NCBI GenBank assembly: GCA_016748015.1
Contig: JAAOMT010000276.1
Span: 124,001 to 188,000 of the forward strand
Direction: 5' to 3'
Origin: Geosiphon pyriformis uo1
Lineage: Eukaryota; Fungi; Glomeromycota
Length of the DNA: 64,000 nucleotides
Shown in pieces: positions 38,838-51,968 of the stretch; the stretch's first letter is position 1; each line of letters starts with the position of its first letter. Under the pieces are notes generated by a model. It saw nothing but the letters and a program-made list of their open reading frames with translations, searched no databases and was not told the DNA's origin. A program made the translations under genes and the position numbers.

Positions 38838-39775
38838 TGTTACAAGTGATTATTTCTGGTGTGAGAATAAATAACAACCCATAACTTGGTGCTCAAAAGC
38901 TATTTCCATTAATGATATTCTGAAAGTGTTGTATCTGAAAGTTTTGATGGAGTTCTTTGTATAATGGACAGAGATTCAATAGTGGTTTTATCCATAGCTT
39001 CCCAGACTCATAAGTTTGTCAATTTTTTTCTTGGCTTGGTGGCCAGCAATCCTCTGGTAAGTAATCTGTATCTTCTGTATGTGTTCTACCCATTTGCAGG
39101 GGTCTTTTACCAGGCAATTCTTGACATCAGTAATCAGCGCTTTAATCAATTGGTTAGTGCACAATAACAAAATCACAAAAAAATAAAGAAAAAATAAAGA
39201 AATCTAAAGAAATAAGCCAAGGCAATTTGCAGATTAGTATCCCATCAATAGCCGTGATCAAAAGCTATTGTTCTAGTGTGGTTAAGTATCAATTACGATC
39301 AACATAAAGTGTTGATCATGGAGAGTGAGTTGAGATATGAAATAATTATTTATTTGATGATTGTGTTTTTAGACTAAGAATTTTGTGGTATCGATTCTCT
39401 TTTTTTTTTAATTTTAATAATTATGATTTTGCGAATCTAATTAATTCTATGAATCTAATTGACTCTGTGAATCAATTGACTCTAAGTCCCATTGACTAAT
39501 TTTCTAACTTCTAATACTACTGCTATATATACATATTTGAGATTCCTTAATTTCTCAATTCTTTATGTCAGGAATCCTGAAATTCCTGGAATTCTGCAAT
39601 TCTTTTAAGAAGAATTCTGGAATTCTGGAATCCTGTGATTCCTCGTGTGAGAATCCTGCAATTTCTAGAATCCTGCAATTCCTCTGAGAGGAATCTTAGA
39701 ATTCCACATTTACTACATCTACCTATGATTGGCTAATTTATATGCTAATATACTTCCTATATTTTATGAATAACA
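38838..39775 (-). repeat. Solo LTR (B-related subfamily) nested in the 5' LTR of element B
   Basis: TGTTACA...GAATAACA; TSD CTGG/CTAG; empty site AAACTGGCCACC present in the 3' LTR at ~42271. Confidence 0.92.
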
Positions 39776-40124
39776 CTAGCCACCATGCTGAAAACAGAAA
39801 TTGGGAAAACGACTTGGGAAATCAACCAAAACCAACCATAATGAATCTCTGTCCATTATACAAAGAACTCCAAAACAAAACCTTCAGATAAAACAACACC
39901 TTTAGATATTACCAACAACATTATATCAATTGAGCATCAAGTTATGGATTTGTTATTTGCTTTGAGACCCCAAATAATTACCTGTAACATTTGGTGCTCT
40001 CTGTGAGGTATAATCCAACAGAGAACCAGTACCAACAACAACCATGCAGGAAAATGGCAAACCAAGAGAAAACAAGAGAAAATCACTTAGGATTCGCAAA
40101 ATCCTTATTTCACTATTATTTTTG

Positions 40125-40860
40125 AAAAACTCATTAAATTAAAACTCTAATTATTCAAAACCTGATCATTAAAACCCTAAACATTTGAAAATTACCATTG
40201 ATAAATTTGTTAAACCTTGTTAAATTAAGAACTCTGATTATTCAAAACCCAATTATTAAAACCCTAAACATTCAAAAATTACCATTGATAAATTCGTTAA
40301 AAATTCATTAAATTAAAACTCCATTTATTCAAAACCTGATCATTAAAACCCCAAACATTTGAAACTTACCATTGATAAATTCGTTAAAAACTCGTTAAAT
40401 TAAACTTCGATTATTCAAGACTTGATCATTAAAACCCTGAACATTTGAAACATACCATTAATAAATTTGTTAAAACTCCGTTTATTCAAAACCCAATCAT
40501 TAAAACCCCGAACATTCAAAACTTACTGTTGATAAATTTGTTAAAAACTCATTAAATTAAAACTCCGTTTATTCAAAACCTGATTGTTAAAACCCTGAAC
40601 ATTCGAAACTTACTTTTGATAAACTCGTTAAAACTTGTTAAATTAAAACTCCAATTATTCAAGAACTGATTGTTCAAAAAAAACCCAAACATTTAAAACC
40701 CGATAATTCCAACCCTGCTATTATACAAAAAAACTTACCATCAATAAAACTCATTAAATCTTTAGCAATTCAAACTCCAGAAATTATTCAAAAACCCAAA
40801 CATTCAAAGTTCGATAAATTCCAAATCTTGCAATCATACAAAGAAACTTACCTCTGATAA
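40125..40860 (+). repeat. Tandem array, ~87-bp unit, about 7-8 copies
   Basis: TTATTCAA anchor at 40151, 40238, 40325, 40411, 40482, 40569 and 40655. Confidence 0.9.
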
Positions 40861-41025
40861 CCCAATTAAATCTAATTCCCACAATACCAATAAATCAGCA
40901 AAACTCACTTGATGGCCCTGAGTCAAAATATTGAAATGTAGTCACAATCCACTCCCATGTGTCATATATTTGAAGAAGAGCCAATCAGCGAGAACAAATT
41001 GGAATTGGAATTGGAATTTAATCCC

Positions 41026-41190
41026 AATTCAAATTTCACTGATGACAGCAACAATTCAAACTCTGCTAATGACAACAACAATTCAAATCCCACTGATGAC
41101 AACAACAATTCAAACTTCACTAATGACAACAATGATTCAAACTCTGCTAATGACAATAACAATTTAAACTTTACCAACAACAAATTCAAA
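41026..41190 (+). repeat. 27-bp tandem repeat, about 6 copies (NSNSANDNN-like)
   Basis: Variants of AATTCAAACTCTGCTAATGACAACAAC. Confidence 0.9.
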
Positions 41191-44100
41191 CTCCACTTCA
41201 AACACCAAACAATATATCACACTTTTAGATTTTACAATAAAGCAGGAATTAACTAAATTCAGTAATAATAATGAGAGCATTATGTCTAAATATGCACATA
41301 ATACAGATACAAGATTTGAAATTGATATTCTGGACAGACCACTATAGTTAAAAACCCCAGTTATGTATAAAATTAGATTTACGAATAGCAATAGAAATTA
41401 CAGCAACAACATTGATACAAAAGAGAAATTTAGAAGATTTTGCAGGAGCTTAATATTAAAGAAGAGAATAATATTACTCATAGAAAAAAAATACAAGAAA
41501 ATAGTAGGAAAAACAGATAGGAAAAATAGACCAATAAGAGAATAGTATTTAGCATGTAAGCACATTGCTCAGCAATGTGAAGCATTATCAGAAAATTACA
41601 GCACATTGTTTAGCAATGAGCACATTGTCAGAAATTACAGGCATATTGTTTAGCAATGTAAGCATTGCTTGAGAAATCATGGCACATTGCTCACAAATGT
41701 GCAGAATCTCATATAACATAAATTATATATATATAGCAAGAGTGTTAAAAGCAGAAAAAGTAATTCCAGAAGAATTCAAGAATTTCTAAAGAATTCAATA
41801 GAGTTTTATTAATTTAGAACAATCCTCTTTTTTTTCTATTTATTAACCCTCATTTTAAAAATAGTTGCTATTAATCAAAATAGAATTATATAAATAAAAA
41901 ACTTCTCCAATTTTTCAAATCCATGTTATTGTCATTTGTTTGAAAATATAATCACTCTTCCATTTATTAACACTTCATGTTGATAAAATCCAACACTTAA
42001 CCACATTGAAACAATAGCTCTTGATCACAGCTATTGACAAAATACTAACTTGAATTGCCTTGGCTTATTTCTAATTTCTTATTTTCTTTTTATTTTATTT
42101 TATTTTATTTTATTTTATTTTATTTTGTTTTGTTTGTTAACATACTACTGATTAAAGAGATTAAACACTGAGTAATTAACATCAAGAATAGCCTGGTAAA
42201 AGATCCAGAAATAAGAGTAAAATTATATATATTAACAGATAGCTTACCAGAAGGGCACAACTGCCAGATTAAACTGGCCACCACGCTGAAGACAGAAATT
42301 GAGAAAATGACTTGGGAAATCAACCAAAACCAACTATAGTGAATCTCTGTTCATTATACAAAAGACTCCACAACAAAACTTTCAGATAAAACAACACCTT
42401 TAGATATTACCAACAACATTATATCAATTAAGCACCAAGTTACAGATTTGTTATTTGCTTTGAGATTCCAAATAATCACCTGTAACATTGACTAAGAGCC
42501 CAAAAGTTTTTAATAATAGACCAGTAAATAAGCTGGTCTTCTCCTCTATAGATTCAACACCTGGTGCTTCTAGCACCACTTTTTCAAAAAAAATGGTTAA
42601 AAAGACCAAAAGTTCAGAAAAGTAAGAACAGTTGCTTGCCTCTGCTATTGTTACACTAAATCCCTTTGTGGTTTTCAATGAAATCTTAGATGAGATCTCT
42701 ATAGCATCATCTGACACATCATCCAAGATAGGCCAAAATTAACCACTGGCTGTGTTGCCAAATGTGGTGTCTTCTGATAGATTATTGCCAGTTTTAGAAA
42801 CAAACCAATTTTCTCCTATTGGGTCACCTGTTCTTGAGAACTGAGCTAATCAAATAAAAACTGAATCATCTTCTTTTCTAGTTTCTGGTGCTATTTCTGG
42901 TAGTACTTGGGAAACTATTATTAGTTGTCAAAGGTTTGCTGGGTGGGTGGCCTTTACTCTGGTACCTGGTGCTACTTTTAAGATCAAATTGGCTTATATT
43001 AAGGCTGTTTTTTAGTCAATACATGGTTTCTTGGGTGTAAAGTCAGTATTAAAAGACAATATAAAGCTGTTTTGTATAGAATTTGCTTCTCAAGTGTCTT
43101 TGGAAACTACATTCTTAGTTGAGCTTACAAGCTCTATACATTTGGCCACCCTTAAAATTGCCAAGTCTTTGGTAATTTCTGAGTCTGGTTCCCTTTCTGC
43201 TGTTGTTGCACTGTGTGATATGCCTTTGGGTGTATCTGTTGCTAATATTAAGACAGCTTTTAGTGTGTTTGGTAATATTGCTCATGTTGTGTTAAAGCTT
43301 ACTGGTGTTTGGCAGTATGTGGTGGTTTATTTTGAGAAGTTAAACTCTGTTGTGTCTGCTTTGAATCATTGGTCAGTATTGGTAGACAAGGATAGTGTTA
43401 GAATTCTTCCCTTGGTGAATCAAAATGAGACTATTTTGTCTCGTAATAGGTTTAAAACCAAGTTGATTAACCTTCCTTCTGGCTGTACTGTCTTTAAAAT
43501 CAGTAATATGATTTCTCAGATTGGTGGCCAGATTTGTTTCATTCCTTGGTTTTTTGATTCTGGTTGTCATCTTCGCTTTGCTTTAGTTACGTTTGGCTTC
43601 CAAGCTGATTTAGATCTTGTTGTTGCCAATACTAGTATGCTTAGAAAATGCCATATTTGGTGGAAGACTCCTAATTATTGGCTTTGTTTTCAGTGTCAAA
43701 AAACAAGTTACTTGGCTGTAGACTGTAAAGTTGCTTCATCTCCCTTTCCTAAGGCTCCCAAGGTATTCAAACCACATTTTGTTGGTTTTTTGTCTTATGC
43801 TAAGGCATCTGCTCCCCCTGTTATGTCTGAATTTCCTCTTTTGGTGGCTTCTGCTCCTCCTGTAGCTGTTGTTGATCCTGCTGTTGGGTCCAGATTGGAC
43901 TCTTTGGAAAAGCAAATCTCGAATTTGGCTGTTTTGGTAAAGTCTATTGTTGAGCCTGTTGGCTTTTTGGTTGTCTTGGTATCTTGTCTCTTTGATGATA
44001 ATGCTGTTAAGACTGTTCAGTTAGAGAAAAATCTCCTTTCTATGAAATATGCTTCTAACAATTTTGCCAATTTTTTGGTTAGTGTGTCTAATGACATTGC

Positions 44101-47100
44101 TTGTCTTAGATCTGAAGTTGACTTTGGTGGCATGGAGTATGATGATATGCAGGCCATCAAATCTTCTCTCTTAAGTAAGGATACTGTTGAGTGTGTTATA
44201 GCTTTGTGGTGGATGTCAGATGTTAAAGTTAGGAGTAGTGTTGAATCTACTAGATTATTTCTTAGTGATTTTATTTTTGATTCTAGAAATCTGAATGGTG
44301 TTATTGAAAAAATTTGTGGGTTGGGATTACTCTCACCTTCTATTGTTTCAGCATAGTGTGTTCTTAATTGGTTTGAATGACTAGTCACATGTAGAAAGCA
44401 TATAATTAACATCTAGTTTAGATCATTTCTTTGGTATATAGTACTAGATTGTTTTTGGGCTGCACTTATTAAGCAAATAAAAAAAATATATAAATAATAA
44501 TAATATTAAGAATTTTTTTTACCAGTTTTTAATATATTAAATACAAATTTTTTTTGTCAGTTAAAGAAAAGAGAATATTCAGCCCTATTAAATTATTTAC
44601 TTTAGATATAAATATATTAGTTGTTTTTAAAAAAAATTTAGATAATAAATTAAAATTTGTTAAAAATTATTTTATTAAATAAATAATTTTGGAAAAAGTC
44701 TCAATTTCTTTAAAATTTTATGGAATAATTTGATTAATGTTTATTTTTAAAGTTAATTTTATTCAAGATTTTAACTATTAATAAAAATATTTTGGTTAAT
44801 ATTAATATTATAATTCAAAAATTTATTAAAAAAATTACAAAATAATATAAATTATTCAATTATAATATAATACAATAATAATCTTAGAAAAATAATAATT
44901 AATATAATAGCAAATATTATTTTACAATAGTAATAAGCACTAGTTTGCAATAATAATAAATACCAACTGGTAATAATGGCAAACATTAAGTTAAAATATC
45001 AAAAAAAACATATTATAATGTATTTTTTATAAAACTACAAATATATATATATATAGTAGCTTTAATATTAAGAAAAATAATAATTTTATCCAATAATTTA
45101 ATTTTGTTAAATTCTAATCTTTTACTTTAATTATTTTTTAGTCTTTATTTTTAATAAATATTCAAAAAAATCTTTAAATCAAAAAAAATATTAGAAACTA
45201 AATTATCATAATTAAAAATGTTAAAAAACTTATTAGTATTATTTATTAAATAAAACTATTATTTATTAGTTAAATTTTTTAGAAAAATGATTCCTAATTA
45301 AGATTATTTATATTATTAATTAATAAAAACTTTATTATAAAAATTAAAAAAAACATTAAAAACTAATAATATTCTATATTTTTAAATTAGAAAAACACAT
45401 TAAATAATTGCAAAAATAGTTTCAAAAAAACTCTAAAACAGCAAATAAAATTCAGTTTAATCTTTAAAAAAAAATATATAAACACATATAATAATCAATA
45501 ATTAAAAAATAATTTATATTATAACAAAATAAGTCTTTAGTATAATATCAATATTATTATATAAATAAAATTAAGAAACTCATAAGAAATTAATTACAAT
45601 TAAAATGGGATATTAATATTTAATATACTAAAAAAACCAATCTATAACATTAATCTTAAACAAATTAATATCAAATTAGATTAGAAAATAATTATTAAAA
45701 AAATTTTAGTTAATTTTTTCAAATTAGTATTAAAATTAAAATTAATTAAGTTTAATAAAATAAAAACAATCAAAATATAACTTATTAATCTATAGCAAAA
45801 AACACTAATAAAGTTTAAAAACATTAATAATACTAATTAAATCAATTTTAAATAATTAATTTAGATAAAAAAAACTCTGTATACATAACTAAAACTAATA
45901 TTAATAAATAAATATAAAACTTGAAAATTTAATATCATATTTATTTTATATGCTTTTTATTAATACTATAGCTTACAATTTTTTAGATTTACTAATATTA
46001 TATAATAAAAAACTTGTATTATAATATGTAATTTAATTATGTATTTTTATGTTTACTGTGTAATAATATGTTTTAATTTAATATTTTGTAAAAATATTAT
46101 TATTTGTTTAATTTTAGTTTATAAAGATATAAATTTGATTAAATTAATTTGATATTATTTTGATATATTGTTTATAAATAATTAAATTATGTTTCAAATA
46201 ATTATATACTTAATAAAAAAGTATTTAATTATAATAAAAATTTTTTTTCTAATTTTAATAAACAGTAACTTACATATATATATGTTGTTATTACACTTTT
46301 TAATGTAAAAATTACAACATATACAATGAAAATTAGCATTAAAATTATGCGAAAAAGATATATTTAATTATATTTAATTAAAAATAAATGATCAGCAATC
46401 AAGTCAATTACAACAAAAAGAATATGACATAATTCAACAGTTTAACTAAGTTAAATACAAAAAAATCTTGGCAAACTAAGAAAAACCAATAAAAATAAAC
46501 AGTTAATATATGTAATCTGATAACAACAAACTTTGTTATACTTCAAAATTCTCATATACTTTTATTAAAACAATTTAATATTCTGAATCTGTAATTAATA
46601 ATTAAAAATAGTTACCAAGAAATGTAATTAATTGATCTACTTTTGATTATGTTAATTATAATTATAATTGGTATTATTAATTTATAATCAATGTTCTAAA
46701 TCCAGCTATTTAAATTTGATTATCTAAAAATTACTAACTTTTAGAAAATTAACATACCAAATAAGCTTATTATGAATTAATTAAATTAAATTAAATTATA
46801 TAAATAATTGATATATCTTAAATAGTCTTAATAAGATATATAGATTTAATGTAATTTAGCTATATATACAGCCTCTCTGTTAGCTTAAAAAAGCATCAAT
46901 TTAATACTGAGTCAACTCTTTACTATAGTTTTTATAGTAAGTAGTTAGTCTTTTCTTTTACATCTTACTTTTTTCTTTACTTTTTCTATGTTCTAAATAC
47001 TTGTTATCACAATTTCAAGTATGTCTTTACATATTTCTTATTACCATTTGGAATCACATTATTATAATTTTTTATTTACTTATTATTATTATTTTAAGTT

Positions 47101-47549
47101 TTTTTATTACTTTTGATCTTCAAATCATGTGCTATTACTATTTTTACATTAAGTCTTGTTTTACCAAACAAGTTGTTAAATATTAAAATAAGTAATAAAA
47201 TATCACATTGTTAGAGAGTGGTTTTAACAATAAAAAGTTTAATTGAAATTTATTTTAGTTATGTTTTATTTTCATGATTTTTTTATAATTCCTATAACTT
47301 TGTTTTTAAAGTTAAGCATTTAAACACCATACTCTTTTGATGACTAATTGAAAAAATTCTGGTTACATATTTATTAGAATAGTTTGGTTTTGTGCTTATT
47401 GTTGGTTGCATTTTTAATATATAAAGAGATGTAATTTTTTTTTTTTTTTAAAATACCTAAAACTGGGTTTTGCCTAAAAACAAATAATAATGACAATACT
47501 TTTTTTTACTTTTAATAATTTTATTATGCATCTTTTTCTGTTCTTCTAT

Positions 47550-48100
47550 TTAATGAAATAATTTATATACTCATAATATGCTATAGTCTTTAGTCATAAT
47601 TATAGTAATTAATGTTACTGGTAGAAATTATTGCTATTGTTAAGAAATAATATAACTTGTAGTTTTTACTTAGTAATAATATTTTTTTGAACTTTTAGTC
47701 TTTTTAACCATTTTTTTTGAAGAAAAAATTTTAATAGCATCTGATATAGAAACTATAAAAAAAAAAACTAAATTGTTAACTAGTTAGTTATTAAAAATTT
47801 TTGGGTTTTTTAAAAAGGTAAAAACAATACTAGAACTAATCCAAATATGTCTTTTTAAGAGAACTTTAACTGATAAAAAACCAGCCAAAGATAAAAAAAA
47901 TGCTTTAATAGCTGTTAAAAACAGCTTTTAATAATTACTAAGTAAGAAAAAAAGGTTTAAAATGTTTTATCTAGTTGTTTTTACAACAAAAAGAACTTCT
48001 TTGATTAAAACTTTATAAGATACCAAAAAAGAGATATCAATTACAGTTTTTTTACTCTTTGTTCTAATTGTGGCCATAAAATTAAGAAAGACAAAAAGTA
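47550..48100 (-). pseudogene. Older, decayed 5' fragment of the same ORF1-only family
   Basis: Reverse complement TTTTATGGCCACAATTAGAACAAAGAGTAAAAAAACT...GTTGTAAAAACAACTAG aligns with 37814-37925. Confidence 0.75.
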
Positions 48101-49448
48101 TTATTAGATTAAAATTTATGATATTATATTATTTATTTTAATTAAGCTTATTATTATTTTTTTGTTTTAAAATATATTTTATTACAATATAATTATAATA
48201 TTTTTATAAATAATTTGATTATTATTTATATTTATAAATTTAATGATCAGTTATTTATGCTTAATTTTAAAAATAAATACCAAATAAAAAAGCATAAAAT
48301 TAATAATATTATTAAAAATTAAAAAATTAAAATAATATTAATTAAAATAAAATAAGTTTGGTTTAATATTTTAACCAATAATTTAATAATGATTTTACTA
48401 ATTTTAAATTTATTATTATTTTTTTCAAATTAATTTTTTTATTTTTTTTTAATAATAAAATATATATTGCTTTAATAAAAAATTTTGTATTTAAAATATG
48501 GTTTTTAATACTTTAAAAGTTTTTAAATTTATTAATTAAATAGCTTAAAAATTATAAAATTTGTATATTATTTTATTATTTTTTATTGAAAAAAATTAAT
48601 TATTTAAAACTAAATTATATGTAAAAAAATACATAAGTTATAATTATTTATAAAATTTTAAAATTTTATATTATAATTAAAATTTTATTAAAGCATAAAA
48701 AAAATTATATAAAATTTTAAAAAAAAATCTACAAAATACCAATTTATTTGTTTAGAAATTAATATAATTAGCTTTATTATATATATAAAATATTTAATAT
48801 TATTAAAAATAATTATGTTGTTTTTTTATTTTAAATACTTAATTTTAAATTTTATATAAAAATTTAAATTTAATATTGTAATTTAATTTGTTAAAAAAAT
48901 TTTTATTTTGAATAATTTTGACTTTGTTTTAATTTATTAATTATTATTTTTTTAATATTAAGTTTATTATTTTTGTATTTTTTTTATTTAATATTTGTTT
49001 TTATAATTGGATTTGAATTTTATAATTTTAAATTTATATATATTATTATTTATAAAATTATTATATATTTTTTTTAAATATGTATTTTAAAACCAATTTT
49101 AACAGTTATTAATTTAATTAATATTAATAATATTGTTATTTTTAACAAGTTTTTTAAATAAGATTTTTTTTTAAAATGTGAAATAATAATTTTATTATTT
49201 AAGTATAAAAAACCAAAAAAATTTACTTAATTTTAAAAAAATACATTTTTTAAAATTATTTTACAATAATAAAATAGTTTAATAACAGTTTTTATATATA
49301 TTTTAAATAATTAATAGATATTTATATTTTTTAAAATTATATTGTTATTTTCAATTTTTTGTAACATATTGTTAAAAAATAATAATTTTACATTTAATAA
49401 TAATAATAATTTTTATTTAAATTGGTAATTAAATTTTAAATTATTTAA

Positions 49449-49450
<2 letters not shown>

Positions 49451-49505
<55 letters not shown>
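49451..49505 (+). repeat. (TAA)n microsatellite
   Basis: Perfect trinucleotide run at the end of an AT-rich relic block. Confidence 0.95.
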
Positions 49506-49506
<1 letters not shown>

Positions 49507-50707
49507 TTCAATTACTTACAATTTTTGTAAAAATCAAAGTTTTTTTTTCACTTATTATTATAAGTTGTATTATAATACAAGTTTTTTTTTAAAATATTCT
49601 AAATAGTTTAAACCATAAACATCTCGCATAATGAAAAAAAATTTTTGTTGGCCCAATTTTTTTCATTATACATGGTTATCTAATCATGCAAAGCAATGGA
49701 TACACAATTTTTTTAAGTTTTTATTTCACGCTGAGATTTTTGTAACTAGTATATTGTTTATATAATAAAAAAAATTAAAAAAAAAAAATTGTCAAATGCT
49801 TGTGAAACGATTATGTAAGAAAATTTAATACCTAATCCTCTAAGCATGTTAATCGGCCTTGGGCATATGAGTGATGGGAACACGGGCAACTAAGTAGGTA
49901 ATTAAGCCGAACTTCGCCTCCTCGGCAAAAAGGATGGGCCAGCAAGCCCCTGAAAGATTAAAAGGCTAAATTTCTCCGTGGGGAACATTATATGACGTTT
50001 CAATCGAAGGGAAGAAAAATGATTTAGAGGACACTGTTAAGAGAAGACTGGAGAAAGCTTGGACAGGCCATTAAAGAGACGTGTATGATTTAAATGAGTT
50101 TCTAAATCAATTTTTGTGGATTGAAAATTTATGCTTCTTGGAGAAAATTCTTTGTATAAACTTTTTTTTTTTTTTTTTTCAATTCAATGAGAATTTTTTT
50201 ATTTCAAAATTTCCGTAACTTTTTTCCCTAGGCTGGTTTGATAGATAAGGTATACACGTGTATTTTTATATTGTATGCAAGTCGATTAGTGAAAAATATG
50301 TATTATGTATGCATTAACCCCACTCGGTAAAACGATAGTGTGCTTCACCAGCCACCAGAGATCCTGTTCTGAAAGGTGAATCACTTGACTAAATTTCTAA
50401 CTCGAAGAAGGACAATGATGACCGGTACTCCATTCAAGAAAGTTGATTATGCATTAGGACATTTTTTCTTTTTCCTTAATGGATGATCGTTCGAGTTGCT
50501 GACTAATGTGAATTTGTGAGTATATGCTTTTCACCGCGTCGATAAAGGTTTTTAAAACAACTTTTGAATTGAAGAAATGGTGTTTAAATAAATTGTGTGT
50601 ACCCAATTAATCTTTGAGCTTCAACGTGATTGGATAGCGGAATAGCGGAATAGCGGATAGCGTATACCATTTTGGTGGTCAAGTCAAGAAGCTTATTTAA
50701 TTTTACC

Positions 50708-50719
50708 GACAACAACAAT

Positions 50720-50792
<73 letters not shown>

Positions 50793-50823
50793 TCATCATC
50801 ATCATAATCATCATCATCATCAT
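50708..50823 (+). repeat. Compound (CAA)n-(CAT)n microsatellite
   Basis: Seen directly. Confidence 0.97.
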
Positions 50824-51569
50824 GTAATTACGTTTCCTAGTCATCATGATACACAATATTATTAGCAATTTCATGACGGAATTTCAAGGTTTGGTCCTAC
50901 CATAATTAAATTTCCACTGCTTCTATTTTTTCGGTCAAATCGCTTTCTTTATACAAGTTTTTTGAGATATAATTTCGCTTCGAATTATTTAATTCTCATT
51001 GTTATCCCTTATCCTTGATTTTACATGCGTACCGATCATTGTTCTGAAAAAGTTGGTGGTCACCCTAGTTTAAAAAATTTAAGAAATTTTGTTTCTTTAA
51101 ATTATTTAAAGTCCACTCGAAAAATATACAAGAAGTAAATACATAAGTATGAGCTACGTTACATGCTTCATTGTTGTGCGTTTCAAATCCTTAAATAAAA
51201 AAAAATTAATTAATTTTCTGTATAAATCTGTAAATTTCTGAATGAGATCATTTATAAATTTATTCCTTTTTCATTCACCATCATATTGGTCATTTTTGGC
51301 GATATTTCTGTGCGAAATTCTTTGGGAACCCCTAACTTCCATGAAACGATTTACCGACCGTTTCAATTACTCAATTTAAAATCTGATCAATTCCCCACCA
51401 TCCTCCCCCAATTAATTCAAAACCATTAATTTTATGAAATTATTTTTAAAAACTTTCATTTACTCATCGGTGACAGGTGTTTGATAATTTTGCGAAACGT
51501 CGGTACTACAAAAACTTAAAGATAACACACAGACATATATACCGATACTGTACATATTTTTTCGTGTTT

Positions 51570-51609
<40 letters not shown>

Positions 51610-51968
51610 TCAAAAAGGGGCCAAAGTTGACCGTTAGTTTTGAAAGGTAGAAAGTTGAGGTTGCTCTTCCCTTCACCTCCTGTTTTACCTATCAATCTAC
51701 TCGATATCATAAATTACTCTTCCTCTTTTATCCTCTCTAATCCTCTATATCTTTCCCTCTCTAATCCTCTATATCTTTCCCTCTCATTCTTTCCTATAAG
51801 GTTACCTAATGTCCTCGTGGTCAAGATTAAGGAGAACTTAAAAACCTTCTTTTTTATTGCCAACTTATTTTCTCTCACTTTTATTCATAGAAATACAGAT
51901 CTTAAAAAAACATTGTCCTTAATACCTTCCTTTCTCACTCCTCTAAAGTTCTTTCATTACTTTTTAAA

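Larger units (their letters stand above)
38083..42487 (+). mobile_element. Non-autonomous LTR retroelement family B (LTRs 38083-39989 and 41472-42487; ~1.5-kb internal region without RT or INT)
   Basis: Paired LTRs; PBS TGGTGCTCTCTGTGAGG at 39992; purine tract at ~41458; decayed TSD CTAA/TTGA. Confidence 0.9.
37818..44356 (+). pseudogene. ORF1-like protein (RRM-like domains, zinc knuckle, coiled coil), split by the 38083-42487 insertion
   Basis: ...SSIAST|TKSPKVFNNRPVNKLVF rejoins across the insertion; DMPLGVSVANIKTAFSVFGNI...WQYVVVYF; CFQCQKTSYLAVDC. Confidence 0.85.
37771..44486 (+). mobile_element. ORF1-only (HAL1-like) non-autonomous LINE derivative, inserted in an older LINE ORF1 relic
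   Basis: Single ORF1-like frame followed directly by a LINE-type 3' UTR and A tail; TSD TATATAA (37764-37770 / 44487-44493). Confidence 0.8.

Noticed and set aside
40125-40860. CRISPR-like array
   Set aside because: Head-to-tail degenerate units without unique spacers, in a eukaryotic LTR context with no cas genes
49796-49905. U11/U12 snRNA or HDV-like ribozyme
   Set aside because: Only fragmentary resemblance; lacks the U12 GTAAGGA motif, an Sm site and a proper P3/P1.1
50584-50874. 96-aa poly-Met/poly-Leu ORF
   Set aside because: Translation of a microsatellite
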